Positions 1 through 10,415 are shown, numbered from the stretch's first letter. The stretch: DNA of 64,000 nucleotides from an uncultured Gammaproteobacteria bacterium (GCA_963827755.1 CAWHCQ010000009.1:1-64000); one strand, 5' to 3'. Program-made: numbers and translations. The notes: a model not told the origin generated them from the sequence alone.

Positions 1-2
1 AG

Positions 3-281
3 CTCGGCGGAATCGTCAGTGCCATGCAAGGCAAAGGGCTGGGATCGGTCGCCGAGTCCTGGCTGGGTGACGGCAAGAATGAAGACATCTCCACCGACCA
101 GGTCCGGGATGTTGTCGGCAGCGACAAGATTGCCGAGATGGCAGCAAAACTCAATACCGATGAAGGCTCTTTGCTGGATGGCCTGAAAGACGCGTTACCG
201 CAGATTATCGACAAGTCGAGCAGCGGCGGCTCATTACTCAGCGCCGATGGCCTGATGGGCATGGCGAAGAAGTTCTTCTAG
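3..281 (+). CDS. YidB/DUF937 family protein (5' partial)
   Basis: GLGSVAESWLGDGKN...LPQIIDKSS motif typical of YidB; frame is open back to the window start. Confidence 0.8.
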   Translation, partial: LGGIVSAMQGKGLGSVAESWLGDGKNEDISTDQVRDVVGSDKIAEMAAKLNTDEGSLLDGLKDALPQIIDKSSSGGSLLSADGLMGMAKKFF

Positions 282-606
282 CCGGGGACCGTCCGCCACC
301 CTTGATGCGGATGTGATCCGCACCTGCGCGTGCCAGCCACCTGCGGGTGCGGATCGCAAGGCTGTCCACGGGGGCCATACCCGGCGTGCCCGGCGAATGC
401 CTGCACCGCCTCCAGGAATTTATTCAAGTCTCTGTAATATCTACTAATTCTATTTTTACGTGTTGGCCGTTATTGCTTGCGCCGCATCGAATCACCCGGA
501 TCACTCGCAGATTGCCCCCCACGGACAGGGCTGCGACAATCTGTCACATGTTAGAATATTATAATATTATGATATAATTCCTCTCAATTATATTCATGAG
601 GAATGC

Positions 607-1284
607 ATGATGAATACGCGAAATCTTTTCAGGCACATGCTGCTGACAGTGCTAATGCTGACAGGCAGCGCCGCGGCAGTTGCTGAAGAAGACCAGCTCT
701 GTGCACCCTTCGAGGGTAGCGTGGTCGATGAGTCATTACTGACGACCATGTTGTCAGCGGCACACGACGGCCACCTCTACCGGATTCAGCAGGCCAGCTC
801 CCGAGTGGGCTTCTGCGTGGACAGCAAAATGTCACGCGTCAAGGGCAGCTTCGGTGATTTCCATGGCGGCATGTCAATCAATCCCGGCGACACCAGTAAC
901 GGCCAGACAATGGTCCTGATAAAGACCGGCAGCCTGACTACCGGGGGCGGCATCATCGAGAACATTCTCAAGAGCGAGAAATTCTTCGATGTGGAGAACC
1001 ACCCCGAGGTCCTGTTCGTCAGCAATGGCTTCCAGTGGACCGGCACGGACACGGCTGTGCTCAAGGGTGACCTTACAATGCGGGGAATAACGAAACCCGT
1101 CATCTTCAAGGTTACGTTGAAGTCACTTGATGACCCGCAGATCGACAAGGCAGAGAAGATTCTCGTCAAGGCAAGCACGGTGATCAACCGCGCTGATTTC
1201 GGCATGGAAGGTCTTTCCTCGGTGGTGAGCAACGATGTCCAGTTGTGCATGAGCGTCGAGGCGCTGAAATACCAGCAGTCCTGA
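607..1284 (+). CDS. YceI-like exported lipid/polyisoprenoid-binding protein
   Basis: Signal peptide; LKSEKFFDVENHPE, GDLTMRGITKPV and INRADFGM YceI motifs. Confidence 0.85.
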   Translation: MMNTRNLFRHMLLTVLMLTGSAAAVAEEDQLCAPFEGSVVDESLLTTMLSAAHDGHLYRIQQASSRVGFCVDSKMSRVKGSFGDFHGGMSINPGDTSNGQTMVLIKTGSLTTGGGIIENILKSEKFFDVENHPEVLFVSNGFQWTGTDTAVLKGDLTMRGITKPVIFKVTLKSLDDPQIDKAEKILVKASTVINRADFGMEGLSSVVSNDVQLCMSVEALKYQQS

Positions 1285-1313
1285 GACATCAACAAACAAC
1301 CGGGAGAAGCGGG

Positions 1314-2258
1314 CTAGAACTCGAACTCCATGCTCTGAAACACCTGCCCCGCGTTGCGCTTGGCCAGAAATTCGGCGGTCGGCAAATGCATGTACGGCGA
1401 CTGGTCGATCTCGTAGGCCTCCTGCAAGGTGCCGCCGTTCTCGATCACTGCCGCGATCTTCTCGCGCAGGTACACCAGGTAATCGCGGGTGTATTTTCTT
1501 ACCGTCGCCATGTCGGTCGGCTCGCCGTGACCCGGTATCACCACCTCTGCACCGAGCGCCTCGAATTTATCCCAGGTCTCGATCCAGGCCTTGCTGTCGG
1601 TATGTTCGAACAGCGGCAACATGCGCTGGTGAAAGGCCATGTCACCCGAGATCACCAGCTTCCTGCCCGGCAGCCAGACAATAATGTCGCCCGGACTGTG
1701 CGCCGGGCCGAGGTTTAACAACTCGATCCGTTCACCGCCCAGCTCGATGATTTTTTTATCCTCGAAGGTAATATCCGGCATGACGACCTTCGTGCCCCCG
1801 GCCTTCTCCTTTGCACGCGCCTGCATCACTTCCAGCAGCGCAAACGATTGCGCCTTGATCTCGTGCGCCGCATCGACATGCGCGATCACCGGCACGCCCT
1901 GCTCCTGCCAGTAATTCGAACCCAGCATGGCGTGGCCCTGGCCGTTCTCCAGCACCACGTATTTCACCGGCTGGTCGGTGATCTTCCTGATCTCGTCGTG
2001 CAGGGCCTTCGCCAGCAGGTAATTGTCGCCGCCGTTCACCACCAGCACACCCTCTGCGGTTATCACGAACGACAGGTTGTTGTTGTGCCCGGAATTCGCA
2101 TAGGTGCCCGGCGCCGTCGCGCCGATGGCGGACCACACCCCCGGCACAACTTCCCGCGGCAGGTCATAGAGCATCGACTGCGGCGCCTTGTCGCTGTTAT
2201 ACAGGGCCTCGCCGGTCAGCGGCTCCGCCGCGCCGCCGCTGGCAGCCGGTTTCTGCAA
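1314..2258 (-). CDS. MBL-fold metallo-hydrolase, SoxH-like; probably the C-terminal domain of a fusion with the upstream DLH-like ORF
   Basis: NNNLSFVI, ENGQGH in place of HxHxDH, PAHSPGD, SGD, VIPGHG; no own start or signal peptide; joins the upstream ORF on removal of one base near 2258. Confidence 0.8.
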   Translation of the reverse strand: MQKPAASGGAAEPLTGEALYNSDKAPQSMLYDLPREVVPGVWSAIGATAPGTYANSGHNNNLSFVITAEGVLVVNGGDNYLLAKALHDEIRKITDQPVKYVVLENGQGHAMLGSNYWQEQGVPVIAHVDAAHEIKAQSFALLEVMQARAKEKAGGTKVVMPDITFEDKKIIELGGERIELLNLGPAHSPGDIIVWLPGRKLVISGDMAFHQRMLPLFEHTDSKAWIETWDKFEALGAEVVIPGHGEPTDMATVRKYTRDYLVYLREKIAAVIENGGTLQEAYEIDQSPYMHLPTAEFLAKRNAGQVFQSMEFEF

Positions 2259-3114
2259 GATGCCTGCGCATGAACTTCGCCGCCCGCTGGATGGCATCCT
2301 TCGAGGCCAGGTCGTCGGCAAAGGTGCGTATATTCTCGGCACGAAAATCAAAGCCGCGCCCCACCCCGGGATAGATGACCAGGCGCGCATCCCTGCCCTT
2401 GTCCTGCATCACCTTGATACTGGTCTCGATCACACGGCGACGCTGGTACTGCTCCTCGTCACCGATAAACACCAGCGTCGGCAGGATGAGTTGCTCGATC
2501 TCGGGCGCATAGCCATAGACCTGCTGCGGCTCGGGCGCATTCGGATCCTGCAGGTGGGGATAGTAGGACACGTAACAGGCAATCTCTTTTTCCTGCCGCT
2601 TGAAGGTGGTCGCCACCTTCAGGGTGTAATAGCCGCCGCGGGTATGCGAGTACAGGCAGGCCCTGTCCGAGCTGATGTCGGTACGCGCGAGCAACACGTC
2701 GACCGCCGCGTCGACGTCTTTCTCCAGGGCGTAATCGTGTTCGATGGGATGGGTGCCGATAAAGTGCGCCGCGTAGATGTCCGGCGCCAGCACCACGAAA
2801 CCGCGCGCCGCGAGCCGCCGCACATGGCGCTGGATCAGGTCATCCAGGCCGCGACGGCCGTGCTGAAACAGCACGGCCGGGAATTTGCCCGTGCCTGCCG
2901 GACGCGCCAGCAGCGCCGTCACTTCGACGCCATCGCTCTGGTACCGGACCCACGAGGTCTCCACGCGGTAATTGTCGGGCACCTCGATGCGGCCCTCATC
3001 CCACCAGGCCTGGTCCCACCAGTCGCCGCTGTCGCCGGGTTGCGTGTCCGCATCAAGGCCGGTCGCGGCCAGCAGGCTGGCAATGAAAAGTACAACGGTG
3101 TGTTTCAGATTCAT
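2197..3114 (-). CDS. Exported dienelactone hydrolase-like alpha/beta hydrolase
   Basis: Signal peptide; FPAVLFQHGRRGL, RRLAARGFVVLAPD, YPGVGRGF motifs. Confidence 0.8.
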   Translation of the reverse strand: MNLKHTVVLFIASLLAATGLDADTQPGDSGDWWDQAWWDEGRIEVPDNYRVETSWVRYQSDGVEVTALLARPAGTGKFPAVLFQHGRRGLDDLIQRHVRRLAARGFVVLAPDIYAAHFIGTHPIEHDYALEKDVDAAVDVLLARTDISSDRACLYSHTRGGYYTLKVATTFKRQEKEIACYVSYYPHLQDPNAPEPQQVYGYAPEIEQLILPTLVFIGDEEQYQRRRVIETSIKVMQDKGRDARLVIYPGVGRGFDFRAENIRTFADDLASKDAIQRAAKFMRRHLAETGCQRRRGGAADRRGPV

Positions 3115-3299
3115 GAGCGATTTCTTCTTTTAAAAAGTGTGTTTCAAGTATAACCATGAAAACCGGGAAGCGGCCACTTTCCCGGTGGAGCCCGGCGGGT
3201 GGAAGTGCCCTGCGGCATTGTGTGAAAAAGATCAAGCGCCTGAATTGCGTATACTGTCGCCTTTGATATGCGCTTAACCCGCGCACCACGGAGACAACC

Positions 3300-3524
3300 A
3301 TGAATGACACACTGATGATCCTGCCCGCCCCGGATTCCACAGACATCCGCCTGGTTCGCGTACCTGACGACTTCGAGTCACACGAGGCCTACCGCCACGT
3401 CACCGGCCTGATCGCCGCCGCCGAGGAAGATGACCCGGACTGCGGGGTGGACGATATCCTCGCCATCCTCGAGGACCACGGTTTCGAGCCGCTGGCGTTC
3501 GTTCTCGGACCCGCCCTTCCCTGA
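3300..3524 (+). CDS. Small acidic hypothetical protein (74 aa)
   Basis: GGAG RBS upstream, plausible codon usage, lies just upstream of the cls-like gene. Confidence 0.65.
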   Translation: MNDTLMILPAPDSTDIRLVRVPDDFESHEAYRHVTGLIAAAEEDDPDCGVDDILAILEDHGFEPLAFVLGPALP

Positions 3525-3568
3525 CAGCCTGAAAACACGCTCCCTCGGCACGCATCCTGACCTGGCTC

Positions 3569-4748
3569 ATGGCCACACACCGGAGTTACCAGTTCCTGTG
3601 GCGGGAACAGAATCACTTTGAAATTCTCGTCGACAGCACAACATTTTTTCCGCGCATACTCGATGCCATCGGTGCGGCACGGCAATACCTGTTGCTGGAG
3701 ATGTACCTGGTTGTCTCCGGCAGCGTCGCCGACCGCCTGATCAGCGCCTTGCTGGAGGCCGCTGCACGCGGCGTGCGGATTTACCTGCTCCTCGATGACT
3801 ACGGGGCCCAGCAACTGCAACAGCGCGATCGCGCAAGACTGCTGCATCCCGGAATCCAGGTCGTCTATTACAACCCGTTACCCTCGCACAGCACTCTGCA
3901 CAACCTCTACAGGATCGTCTGGTTACGCATCCCCCATGGCCTGCACCGCAACCATCGCAAGCTGCTGCTGGTCGACGGCAAGATCGCCTTCGCAGGGGGT
4001 GCCGGGGTAACCGATGCGCTTGATTCACCGCATGCACCCGAATTGCGCTGGCGTGAAACCATGATCGAAATCCAGGGACCGATCGTCGCTGACTGGCAAC
4101 AGCTGTTTACAGAAAACTGGAACAGGCATGCCGAACAGGCACTGAGTCTCCCGGGCGCGATGCCGATTACCTTTTCCCCGGGTCAGTCAGGCCGGGTCAC
4201 CGTGAACGAGGCCCGCCGCCGGATGGGCATACAGCGGTCATTGCTCACACATATCAACAGCGCCAGGCAGCGAATCTGGTTTGCCACGGCTTATTTTATT
4301 CCCAGCTGGAGCCTGCGCAGAAAACTCAAGCGTGCCGCAAGGAGGGGCGTGGATGTCCGCCTGCTGCTGCCCGGCCCCGTGACTGACCACCCGGGGATAC
4401 GCTACGCCAGTCGCCGTTACTACGGCAGGCTGCTGAAGAGCGGAATCCGTATCTACGAATACAGCGCCGCGTTTTTTTCACGCCAAAACGGTGCTCTGCG
4501 ATGACTGGGTGACCATCGGCTCCTGCAATTTCGATCGCTGGAACCTGCAATGGAACCTGGAGGCCAACCAGGAGGTTAATGACCGGCACCTGGCTGCAAC
4601 CGTCGCCACCATGTTCAGCGACGATTTCGACAACAGCCTCGAACACACCCACCCGCAATGGGAAAATCGCGGCTGGCATTTGCGTGTGCTTGAATGGTTC
4701 TGGAGACGCGTGGAATTACTCTCGCTGAAAATCAGGCGCCGCCGCTGA
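3569..4748 (+). CDS. clsB: Cardiolipin synthase B-like phospholipase D (frameshift in T7 run at about 4472-4478)
   Basis: First HKD motif RNHRKLLLVD; second motif FHAKTVLCD is restored by removing one T. Confidence 0.8.
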
Positions 4749-5074
4749 ACAGGCACACTGGCCGAACAACGACAAGCCATTGTTATACATATCAATACCG
4801 TGTTACCCGCGCGGTAATTTTCACCCCGAAACCCGGTGGTGGGCAATGGCTGTCCAGGTCGGGCACTGAAAAGGCCCGTCCCGGATTGTTCACACTTTTG
4901 TTCTTGCGTTATAAATACCCGACCCTATCATTGACGCTTACGTACCAGCGCACCACCAGCCGAAGAGATCACGATGTGGTCATACACGGGCCGGGCAGGG
5001 GCTGCAACAAGACCAGGCAAACTCCGAACAATATGTGCCTGGGATAACCAACCAGCAGCAAGAGGAAATGGACT

Positions 5075-6667
5075 ATGCAATACCTGAACAAATCGAATCA
5101 TATCAAGGCAGTGCTTGGCTGCAGTTGCATGTTCATTGTGCTGCAATCCGCCAGTGCGTGGGCAGCGCCGGCGAATAACGAATTTGCCTATCCAGAGGCA
5201 CCAGCACAATACGATCAGTCACGGCCCGGCAATCCCCGGGCGGATAACGACTACCCGCAATACGGATATCCCGACTACCCCTTTCCACGCCGGTATTCCG
5301 ATCAGGGCTACGGACAGACAGCTTACCCGCAACAAGGCTATCCCGAACAAACATATCCCCAACAGGTTTACCCCCAGCAAGGCCACCCTGGTTACGGTTA
5401 CCCCCAACAGGCCTATCCGCAACAAGGCCGCCCTGAGTATGGCTATCCCCAACCGGCTTACCCGCAACAAGGCCACCCTGAGTATGGCTATCCCCAACAG
5501 GCCTATCCGCAACAAGGCCGCCCTGAGTATGGCTATCCCCAACCGGCTTACCCGCAGCAAGGCCGCCCCGAGTACGGCTATCCCCGGCAAGGTTATCCAG
5601 AACAGGGGCAGGCTCAATACGGTTACCCGAATCAAGCCTATACGCCAGCATATAGCGGCAGTGAGCCCGTTGCACCGAACAGTGCCGGTGAGTTGATGGG
5701 GCAACCCGCTTACCTCCCGCCCGCGAGGGCAGACAGGCCTGCGACCGTTACAGGGCCTTCAGCAACAACTATTACGGAATCAGCGGCAACATGGTCGACA
5801 ACGGCCGACCCGAGCGCATCGATGCCCGCGTCTGCAGCCGGGCCGGCTGACGTAACGGACCTCGTGGAAAAGGCTGCCGCGAAGCTTGTTGCACCGATCG
5901 AAAAAGCTGAACCGGCGGCAACCAATGCAACGCCGGTACCTGGCACGCCATTGGCACCTTCGGCAAGCCAGGCCACGGCACCCGCGACAGCCACCGACCC
6001 GGGTGTATCAGTACCCGCGCCTGCGACTGGAGTGGCTGAAAAAGAGGGTCTGCTGGAAAAGACCAAAGCCAGGATAAAAGCACTGATCAAGGCCGATGAC
6101 ACAGCAACGACAAGCGCAGACGCGGTCCCCGCCGCAGTATCGACACCTGCTACGACACAAATCACGACAGCAGACGACCCAGGCAAGCCAACGCCCGCAC
6201 CGAATGCAGAACACACTGAAACAGACGCCCTGATAGAAAGGGCCAAGGCCAGGGTGCAAAAGCTGCTCAAGGGCAGTGACACGACAGCAGCTGGCGCAAC
6301 GACAGCGCCCGCGGCAACACAGCAACTCTCAATGCCACCGGCTACACAAACGACAATGCCCGACACAACGGCGATTTTACCGCCACCGGCAGGACCCTAT
6401 ACCGCGATGCCGGCAGCTACAGCCTCCAGTCCAACCGCTACAGGCATACCGATGCCCCCGGCCGGTGGAGCTGCGCCTGCATTGCTGCCACCCCCGGATG
6501 GGCCGTACGGGACGCTGCCTGCGGCAACTACGGCAACTGACCCGAGTGCATCCATGCCCGCCCCTGCCGCAGGGCCGGCTGAAAAACAGGGCCTGCTGAA
6601 AAGGGCACGAAACAAGGTCGAAGCGCTTCTGAAAACCGGCGAGGGTGCTGCTCCCGAAACGCCATAA
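5075..6667 (+). CDS. Exported low-complexity repeat protein (Tyr/Pro/Gln repeats, then Ala/Pro/Thr-rich region)
   Basis: Signal peptide ending AWA, GAGG RBS, intact 530-aa ORF, terminator downstream. Confidence 0.75.
   Translation: MQYLNKSNHIKAVLGCSCMFIVLQSASAWAAPANNEFAYPEAPAQYDQSRPGNPRADNDYPQYGYPDYPFPRRYSDQGYGQTAYPQQGYPEQTYPQQVYPQQGHPGYGYPQQAYPQQGRPEYGYPQPAYPQQGHPEYGYPQQAYPQQGRPEYGYPQPAYPQQGRPEYGYPRQGYPEQGQAQYGYPNQAYTPAYSGSEPVAPNSAGELMGQPAYLPPARADRPATVTGPSATTITESAATWSTTADPSASMPASAAGPADVTDLVEKAAAKLVAPIEKAEPAATNATPVPGTPLAPSASQATAPATATDPGVSVPAPATGVAEKEGLLEKTKARIKALIKADDTATTSADAVPAAVSTPATTQITTADDPGKPTPAPNAEHTETDALIERAKARVQKLLKGSDTTAAGATTAPAATQQLSMPPATQTTMPDTTAILPPPAGPYTAMPAATASSPTATGIPMPPAGGAAPALLPPPDGPYGTLPAATTATDPSASMPAPAAGPAEKQGLLKRARNKVEALLKTGEGAAPETP
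5330..5640 (+). repeat. Coding tandem repeat, 45-nt unit (YPQQAYPQQGRPEYG) with a 90-nt higher-order duplication
   Basis: 5402-5491 is repeated almost exactly at 5492-5581. Confidence 0.9.
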
Positions 6668-6685
6668 GTAACAGCACGCCGGTAT

Positions 6686-6728
6686 AAAAGGGGACAGGCT
6701 GCCGGATTTCCAGCCTGCCCCTTTTTTT
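6686..6728. terminator. Rho-independent terminator, probably bidirectional
   Basis: AAAA-GGGGACAGGCTG...CAGCCTGCCCC-TTTTTTT between convergent genes. Confidence 0.8.
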
Positions 6729-6765
6729 CAACAGGCCTGAACCCGGAATGACAGCATGAGGCCCT

Positions 6766-7611
6766 TCATCGATAATACTCCCGGCATTCAAGCTCACGCC
6801 CCCTGACAACACGCTGACCCGCCAGGGGCCCGCGTGACTCGGTGACCAGGGTGCACTGGCCTTCCCGGTGATGGTCATCATAGAAATACACCACCACCCA
6901 GTCATGGGTGCGTTTCAGCTCATGGGCACGCGCGGTATTGGAATACAGCACGGTGAAGTGCCAGCCGTCGCGGTCGGTATGCAACACCGGCAACCAGGCC
7001 TTGCCGTCCGGATTGAAGCGCTTCGGGGCAATCAGCGGCAGCTTGCCCTGCTCCGCCTGCAGGCGGTATTCCCGGTCCACCTCGATCAGGGTGTCAACGC
7101 CCGGTCCGGCGCCGCCCGGCAGTTGCGGCGTGCGGCGGGTCCTGCCAAGCAGCGTGGCCAGTGAACTCCTGATACTGCTGACCCGGCGCTCACCCATGCC
7201 GCGCAGCGCCTCGAGGCGACCATCAAAGGCGGCCGCCTCCAGGGCCTCGAGGGTATCGAGGTGCAACGCCTCGTGGATCTGTACTGCCAGCTTCGGCCCG
7301 ATCCCCGGCACCGTCTGAAAAAGCGCCACCGGGTCAAGCGTGCCGCGCAAACGCTCCAGCTGCGCCCATTGACCGGTATTCAGCAGTTCCTGGATCGCGC
7401 TGGCGATGCCCTTGCCGATGTTCGGCAGCGCGATCAGGCCTGCGCTACCACCGGTTTCGCTCAATTCGCCGATATCCTGCGCCAGCCGCGAGACGGTCTC
7501 ACTGGCACGGCGGTAGGCCGAGACGCGAAAGGGATTGGCCCCCTGCTGCTCAAGCAGGTCAGCCGCCTGGGCAAGCTTCATGGCAATCTGCTGGTTCAGG
7601 GGTGTCGGCAT
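6766..7611 (-). CDS. Helix-hairpin-helix DNA-binding protein with PolX-type N-terminal domain and no polymerase core
   Basis: ANPFRVSAYRRA, LPNIGKGIA, VPGIGPKLA and LRGMGERR HhH motifs; unrelated C-terminal domain. Confidence 0.8.
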   Translation of the reverse strand: MPTPLNQQIAMKLAQAADLLEQQGANPFRVSAYRRASETVSRLAQDIGELSETGGSAGLIALPNIGKGIASAIQELLNTGQWAQLERLRGTLDPVALFQTVPGIGPKLAVQIHEALHLDTLEALEAAAFDGRLEALRGMGERRVSSIRSSLATLLGRTRRTPQLPGGAGPGVDTLIEVDREYRLQAEQGKLPLIAPKRFNPDGKAWLPVLHTDRDGWHFTVLYSNTARAHELKRTHDWVVVYFYDDHHREGQCTLVTESRGPLAGQRVVRGRELECREYYR

Positions 7612-7699
7612 CCCGCAAGGTATCCGGGGTAAATCGTAAATCAGTTAATCATGGGCAGGCCAGAATAACAGTTAACGTAAGCCATGATCTTGTAAAAAA

Positions 7700-7764
7700 T
7701 CCACGGAAAGATAAATCAACATCTCGCTATTCTTAATCGGTTTTTTTCCGTGTGCTTCCGTGGC
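7700..7764. repeat. Palindromic repeat family A (GCCACGGAAGCACACGGAA type)
   Basis: CCACGGAA...TTCCGTGTGCTTCCGTGGC; same motif at 8555 and 11167. Confidence 0.7.
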
Positions 7765-7819
7765 AAAAAAAAACCAGCGACCGACCACGTTTAAGCAAAC
7801 AGCCAGCAGTGTAACGAAA

Positions 7820-8498
7820 TCAAACGCAATGCTGGCAACACGATAACAAATCACGCTCAGCGGCCGCCCGCTCTTCATCACGAATGACATGATCACCCCA
7901 GTTCCAGGTTTTCTCGACCGCCTTGCCGGAGAGCGGAAACACCTGCACCGTCATTTCCGGCAGGCGCAGGATCGCACAGGAATGATTGAATGCGGAACTG
8001 CCCGGGTTCACCACCAGGGTGTCGCCGACGTACTCGGCAAACACCTGGTGCGTGTGCCCGACCACCAGCACATCGCAGTCGAATCCCTGCAGTTGCCCGG
8101 CCCACTGTGCAACCCGTTCAGGCAGCAGTTCGCCGTCCCTGTTCAGCAACTTGATACCGCCATGACAGGCATCCGGTGGATGTGCATGCACCATGTACAC
8201 CCGCTTGCCCTCGATCACGGTATCGATTGAAGCCGGCAACTGGTTGAAGAACGCCACGGCCGGGTCGTCCGGTTCATCCGCCGTGATTTTCCAGGTATGC
8301 CAGGTCATGATTACCGAGGATGGTGCGGCAACCGTTATCGACCAGCAGCGCAACGGTCTGCGCCAGCTGCTCCCGGTAGCCGGCAATATCGCCGCCACAA
8401 AAGACCTGGTCGACACCCGCCTGCTCGAATATCGACAGCGCCTCCGCAACCGGTGCGGGCGTGGCATGCACATCACTGATCAGGCCGATCAAGGTCAT
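7820..8498 (-). CDS. YfcE/calcineurin-like metallophosphoesterase (frameshift near 8280)
   Basis: ISDVH, GGD, GNHD, VHA, GHTH and NPGS motifs spread over two frames. Confidence 0.85.
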
Positions 8499-8554
8499 AT
8501 CAGGTCCGAATGGCACTTACTCAAAATGTGTCGCCTGTATAAAGATAATTATTG

Positions 8555-8626
8555 GCCACGGAAGCACACGGAAAAACACGGAATATTCGTTCATCATTTC
8601 TGTTTTCTTCGGTGTGCTTCCGTGGC
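8555..8626. repeat. Palindromic repeat family A, complete inverted pair
   Basis: GCCACGGAAGCACACGGAAAAACACGGAA ... TTCTGTTTTCTTCGGTGTGCTTCCGTGGC. Confidence 0.85.
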
Positions 8627-8733
8627 TATTTAACCGGATCATAGCTTAAGTAATGCCATTCATATCAGGTCCCTGTTACGACCCGTGCATCCATGCTGTT
8701 CTATTCACGTCGAATGTAAACCAACATCTGTTC

Positions 8734-10029
8734 TTACAGACACAGGGCATGCTGGATCTTTTCCTGCATGGCTGTCGGTACGCCGGCGGCTTCGGCATAT
8801 TCACGCCAGCGCGACACCACCGCGTGCACCTCGTTGACGATGGCCTCGGCGCGCCCGCGTTTCATTGCAGCCGTCCTGGCGCAGGCCTTGAAATCATCGA
8901 GGCTGAAATCACCGCGCTTGCCATTCAGCGTCATCTGGTGGCTGGCCGTCCAGCGGCCGGCAGGATTGTAACTGTAGGTCAGATCAAAGGCCGGTGACAG
9001 CGACCAGTTGCCGGCCTTGTCCATGAGAAAAGCAATGTTCTTCACATGATCATCCTGGTTGCGCGCGATGGCGTTGAACACCATGCGGCGAAACTGTTCC
9101 TCGATGGCGCTCATCGGCAGGCCCAGCCGGCGCATCACCAGCAGCGCCTGTTCATAGGCATAGGCGCCCGCCAGGTTGAAATCATAATGCGCCAGCGCAC
9201 ACAGCGACTGCATGTGCAGTTTCTCGCCACTGGCGAGCCGGTCAAAACGCCGGGTCATGAAATGCCGCCGGCCGTTTTCCTCGAACAGCCGGCATTCGCT
9301 GATATCGATGCCGCAGTCCCTGGCCATTTTGTAATAGGCATATTCAATCACACCGTAACCCTGCGGGTCTTCGAGTTCCTTGTCACGGTTACCGCTGACG
9401 CCATCAAATTTCAGCAGCCAGTATTCAAAACCCGAGCCTGCCGGAAGCTGGCCGGAACGCACCTCGTTGGTCGCCGGGTTCCAGGCAATCACCGCCTTGG
9501 CGCGGGCGCCGCCGGCCGAGGTGCCGACCCGCAGGATATCGGTCATTGCCTGTTCCCGGCCTTCACCGGCAAAGGACACCTGCAGGTCATTGCGATGCGT
9601 GAGCACGCTTGACGCAAGCTCCACCAGCTTGTCGATCTGTATCTGGCTGACCTGCCGCGCACGCGGTCCGATCGCCGGTGTGAATTCCAGCGCCCCCATG
9701 CCGCGCGCACCCGTATAACACAGCCGTTCGAGCGCATTGAACGAAGCAGGCTGGCGGCCCTGGGTGGCCAGCCAGGCATCGATCAGTACATGTCCGAACT
9801 TGTCCGGCAGCGAATCCGCCAGCAGGCCGGGCAAGCCGTAAAAGGTCTCTCTGGATAACCCGGGAAAGGTGTAGACCCGGCCGGACAGCGGCATCATCAG
9901 CGGCGCAAGCTCGATGCCGCTTGCGGCAAACGCCGCATCGTATTCGAAGGCCGCCACCTCGCTGCCCTCCTCCAGCGAAACCGCACCGATCGTACGCCCC
10001 CAGAGCCGGACCTCGGCAACGCTGCTCAT
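8734..10029 (-). CDS. hipA: Type II toxin-antitoxin HipA family kinase toxin
   Basis: HipA N-terminal coupling domain, LPDKFG, TSAGGARAK loop, NQDDHVKN, PAFDL. Confidence 0.93.
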   Translation of the reverse strand: MSSVAEVRLWGRTIGAVSLEEGSEVAAFEYDAAFAASGIELAPLMMPLSGRVYTFPGLSRETFYGLPGLLADSLPDKFGHVLIDAWLATQGRQPASFNALERLCYTGARGMGALEFTPAIGPRARQVSQIQIDKLVELASSVLTHRNDLQVSFAGEGREQAMTDILRVGTSAGGARAKAVIAWNPATNEVRSGQLPAGSGFEYWLLKFDGVSGNRDKELEDPQGYGVIEYAYYKMARDCGIDISECRLFEENGRRHFMTRRFDRLASGEKLHMQSLCALAHYDFNLAGAYAYEQALLVMRRLGLPMSAIEEQFRRMVFNAIARNQDDHVKNIAFLMDKAGNWSLSPAFDLTYSYNPAGRWTASHQMTLNGKRGDFSLDDFKACARTAAMKRGRAEAIVNEVHAVVSRWREYAEAAGVPTAMQEKIQHALCL

Positions 10030-10376
10030 GTGTCGTCATCCCAGGACCACGGCTCACCGGACACCTGCGCACGCCGACTGCCCGGGGCCCGCTGGCGCAC
10101 CTTGCCGCGGCGCTTCAGCAGGTCCATCGGCCGGGGACCGCCCGCGGCGATCATCTGCTCCAGGCCCGGCAGGAGATCGAGCACGCGCAGAATCCGCACC
10201 AGGCTCGACAACTGCGCCGAGGACCCGGCCTCGATCCGCTCCAGCGTCCGCTTGGCGATGCCCGCCTGTTCGGCCACCGCCGCCTGGGTCATTTGCAAAT
10301 CAAGCCGGCGACGCGTCAGCCGCTCGCCGATTTCGGCAAGGATGGCTTCATCTGTAAGGAGACTGGATATCTGCAT
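10026..10376 (-). CDS. HipB-like XRE helix-turn-helix antitoxin (alternative GTG start at 10385)
   Basis: MTQAAVAEQAGIAKRTLERIEAG HTH; 4-nt ATGA overlap with hipA. Confidence 0.85.
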   Translation of the reverse strand: MQISSLLTDEAILAEIGERLTRRRLDLQMTQAAVAEQAGIAKRTLERIEAGSSAQLSSLVRILRVLDLLPGLEQMIAAGGPRPMDLLKRRGKVRQRAPGSRRAQVSGEPWSWDDDT

Positions 10377-10415
10377 GGCCGCCACCGCTGAAGGTTTCTG
10401 GTCGAAGTATTCTAT

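Noticed and set aside
4470-4480. Phase variation or programmed frameshift at the T7 run in the clsB-like gene
   Set aside because: It matches the window-wide pattern of +1 insertions, and the run is short.
4950-5074. Riboswitch (c-di-GMP-I-like GGCAAAC) upstream of the repeat protein
   Set aside because: The GAAA tetraloop stem and GACGCAAA elements are missing.
6766-7611. DNA polymerase X
   Set aside because: No nucleotidyltransferase GS..R..D.D motif and no PHP domain.
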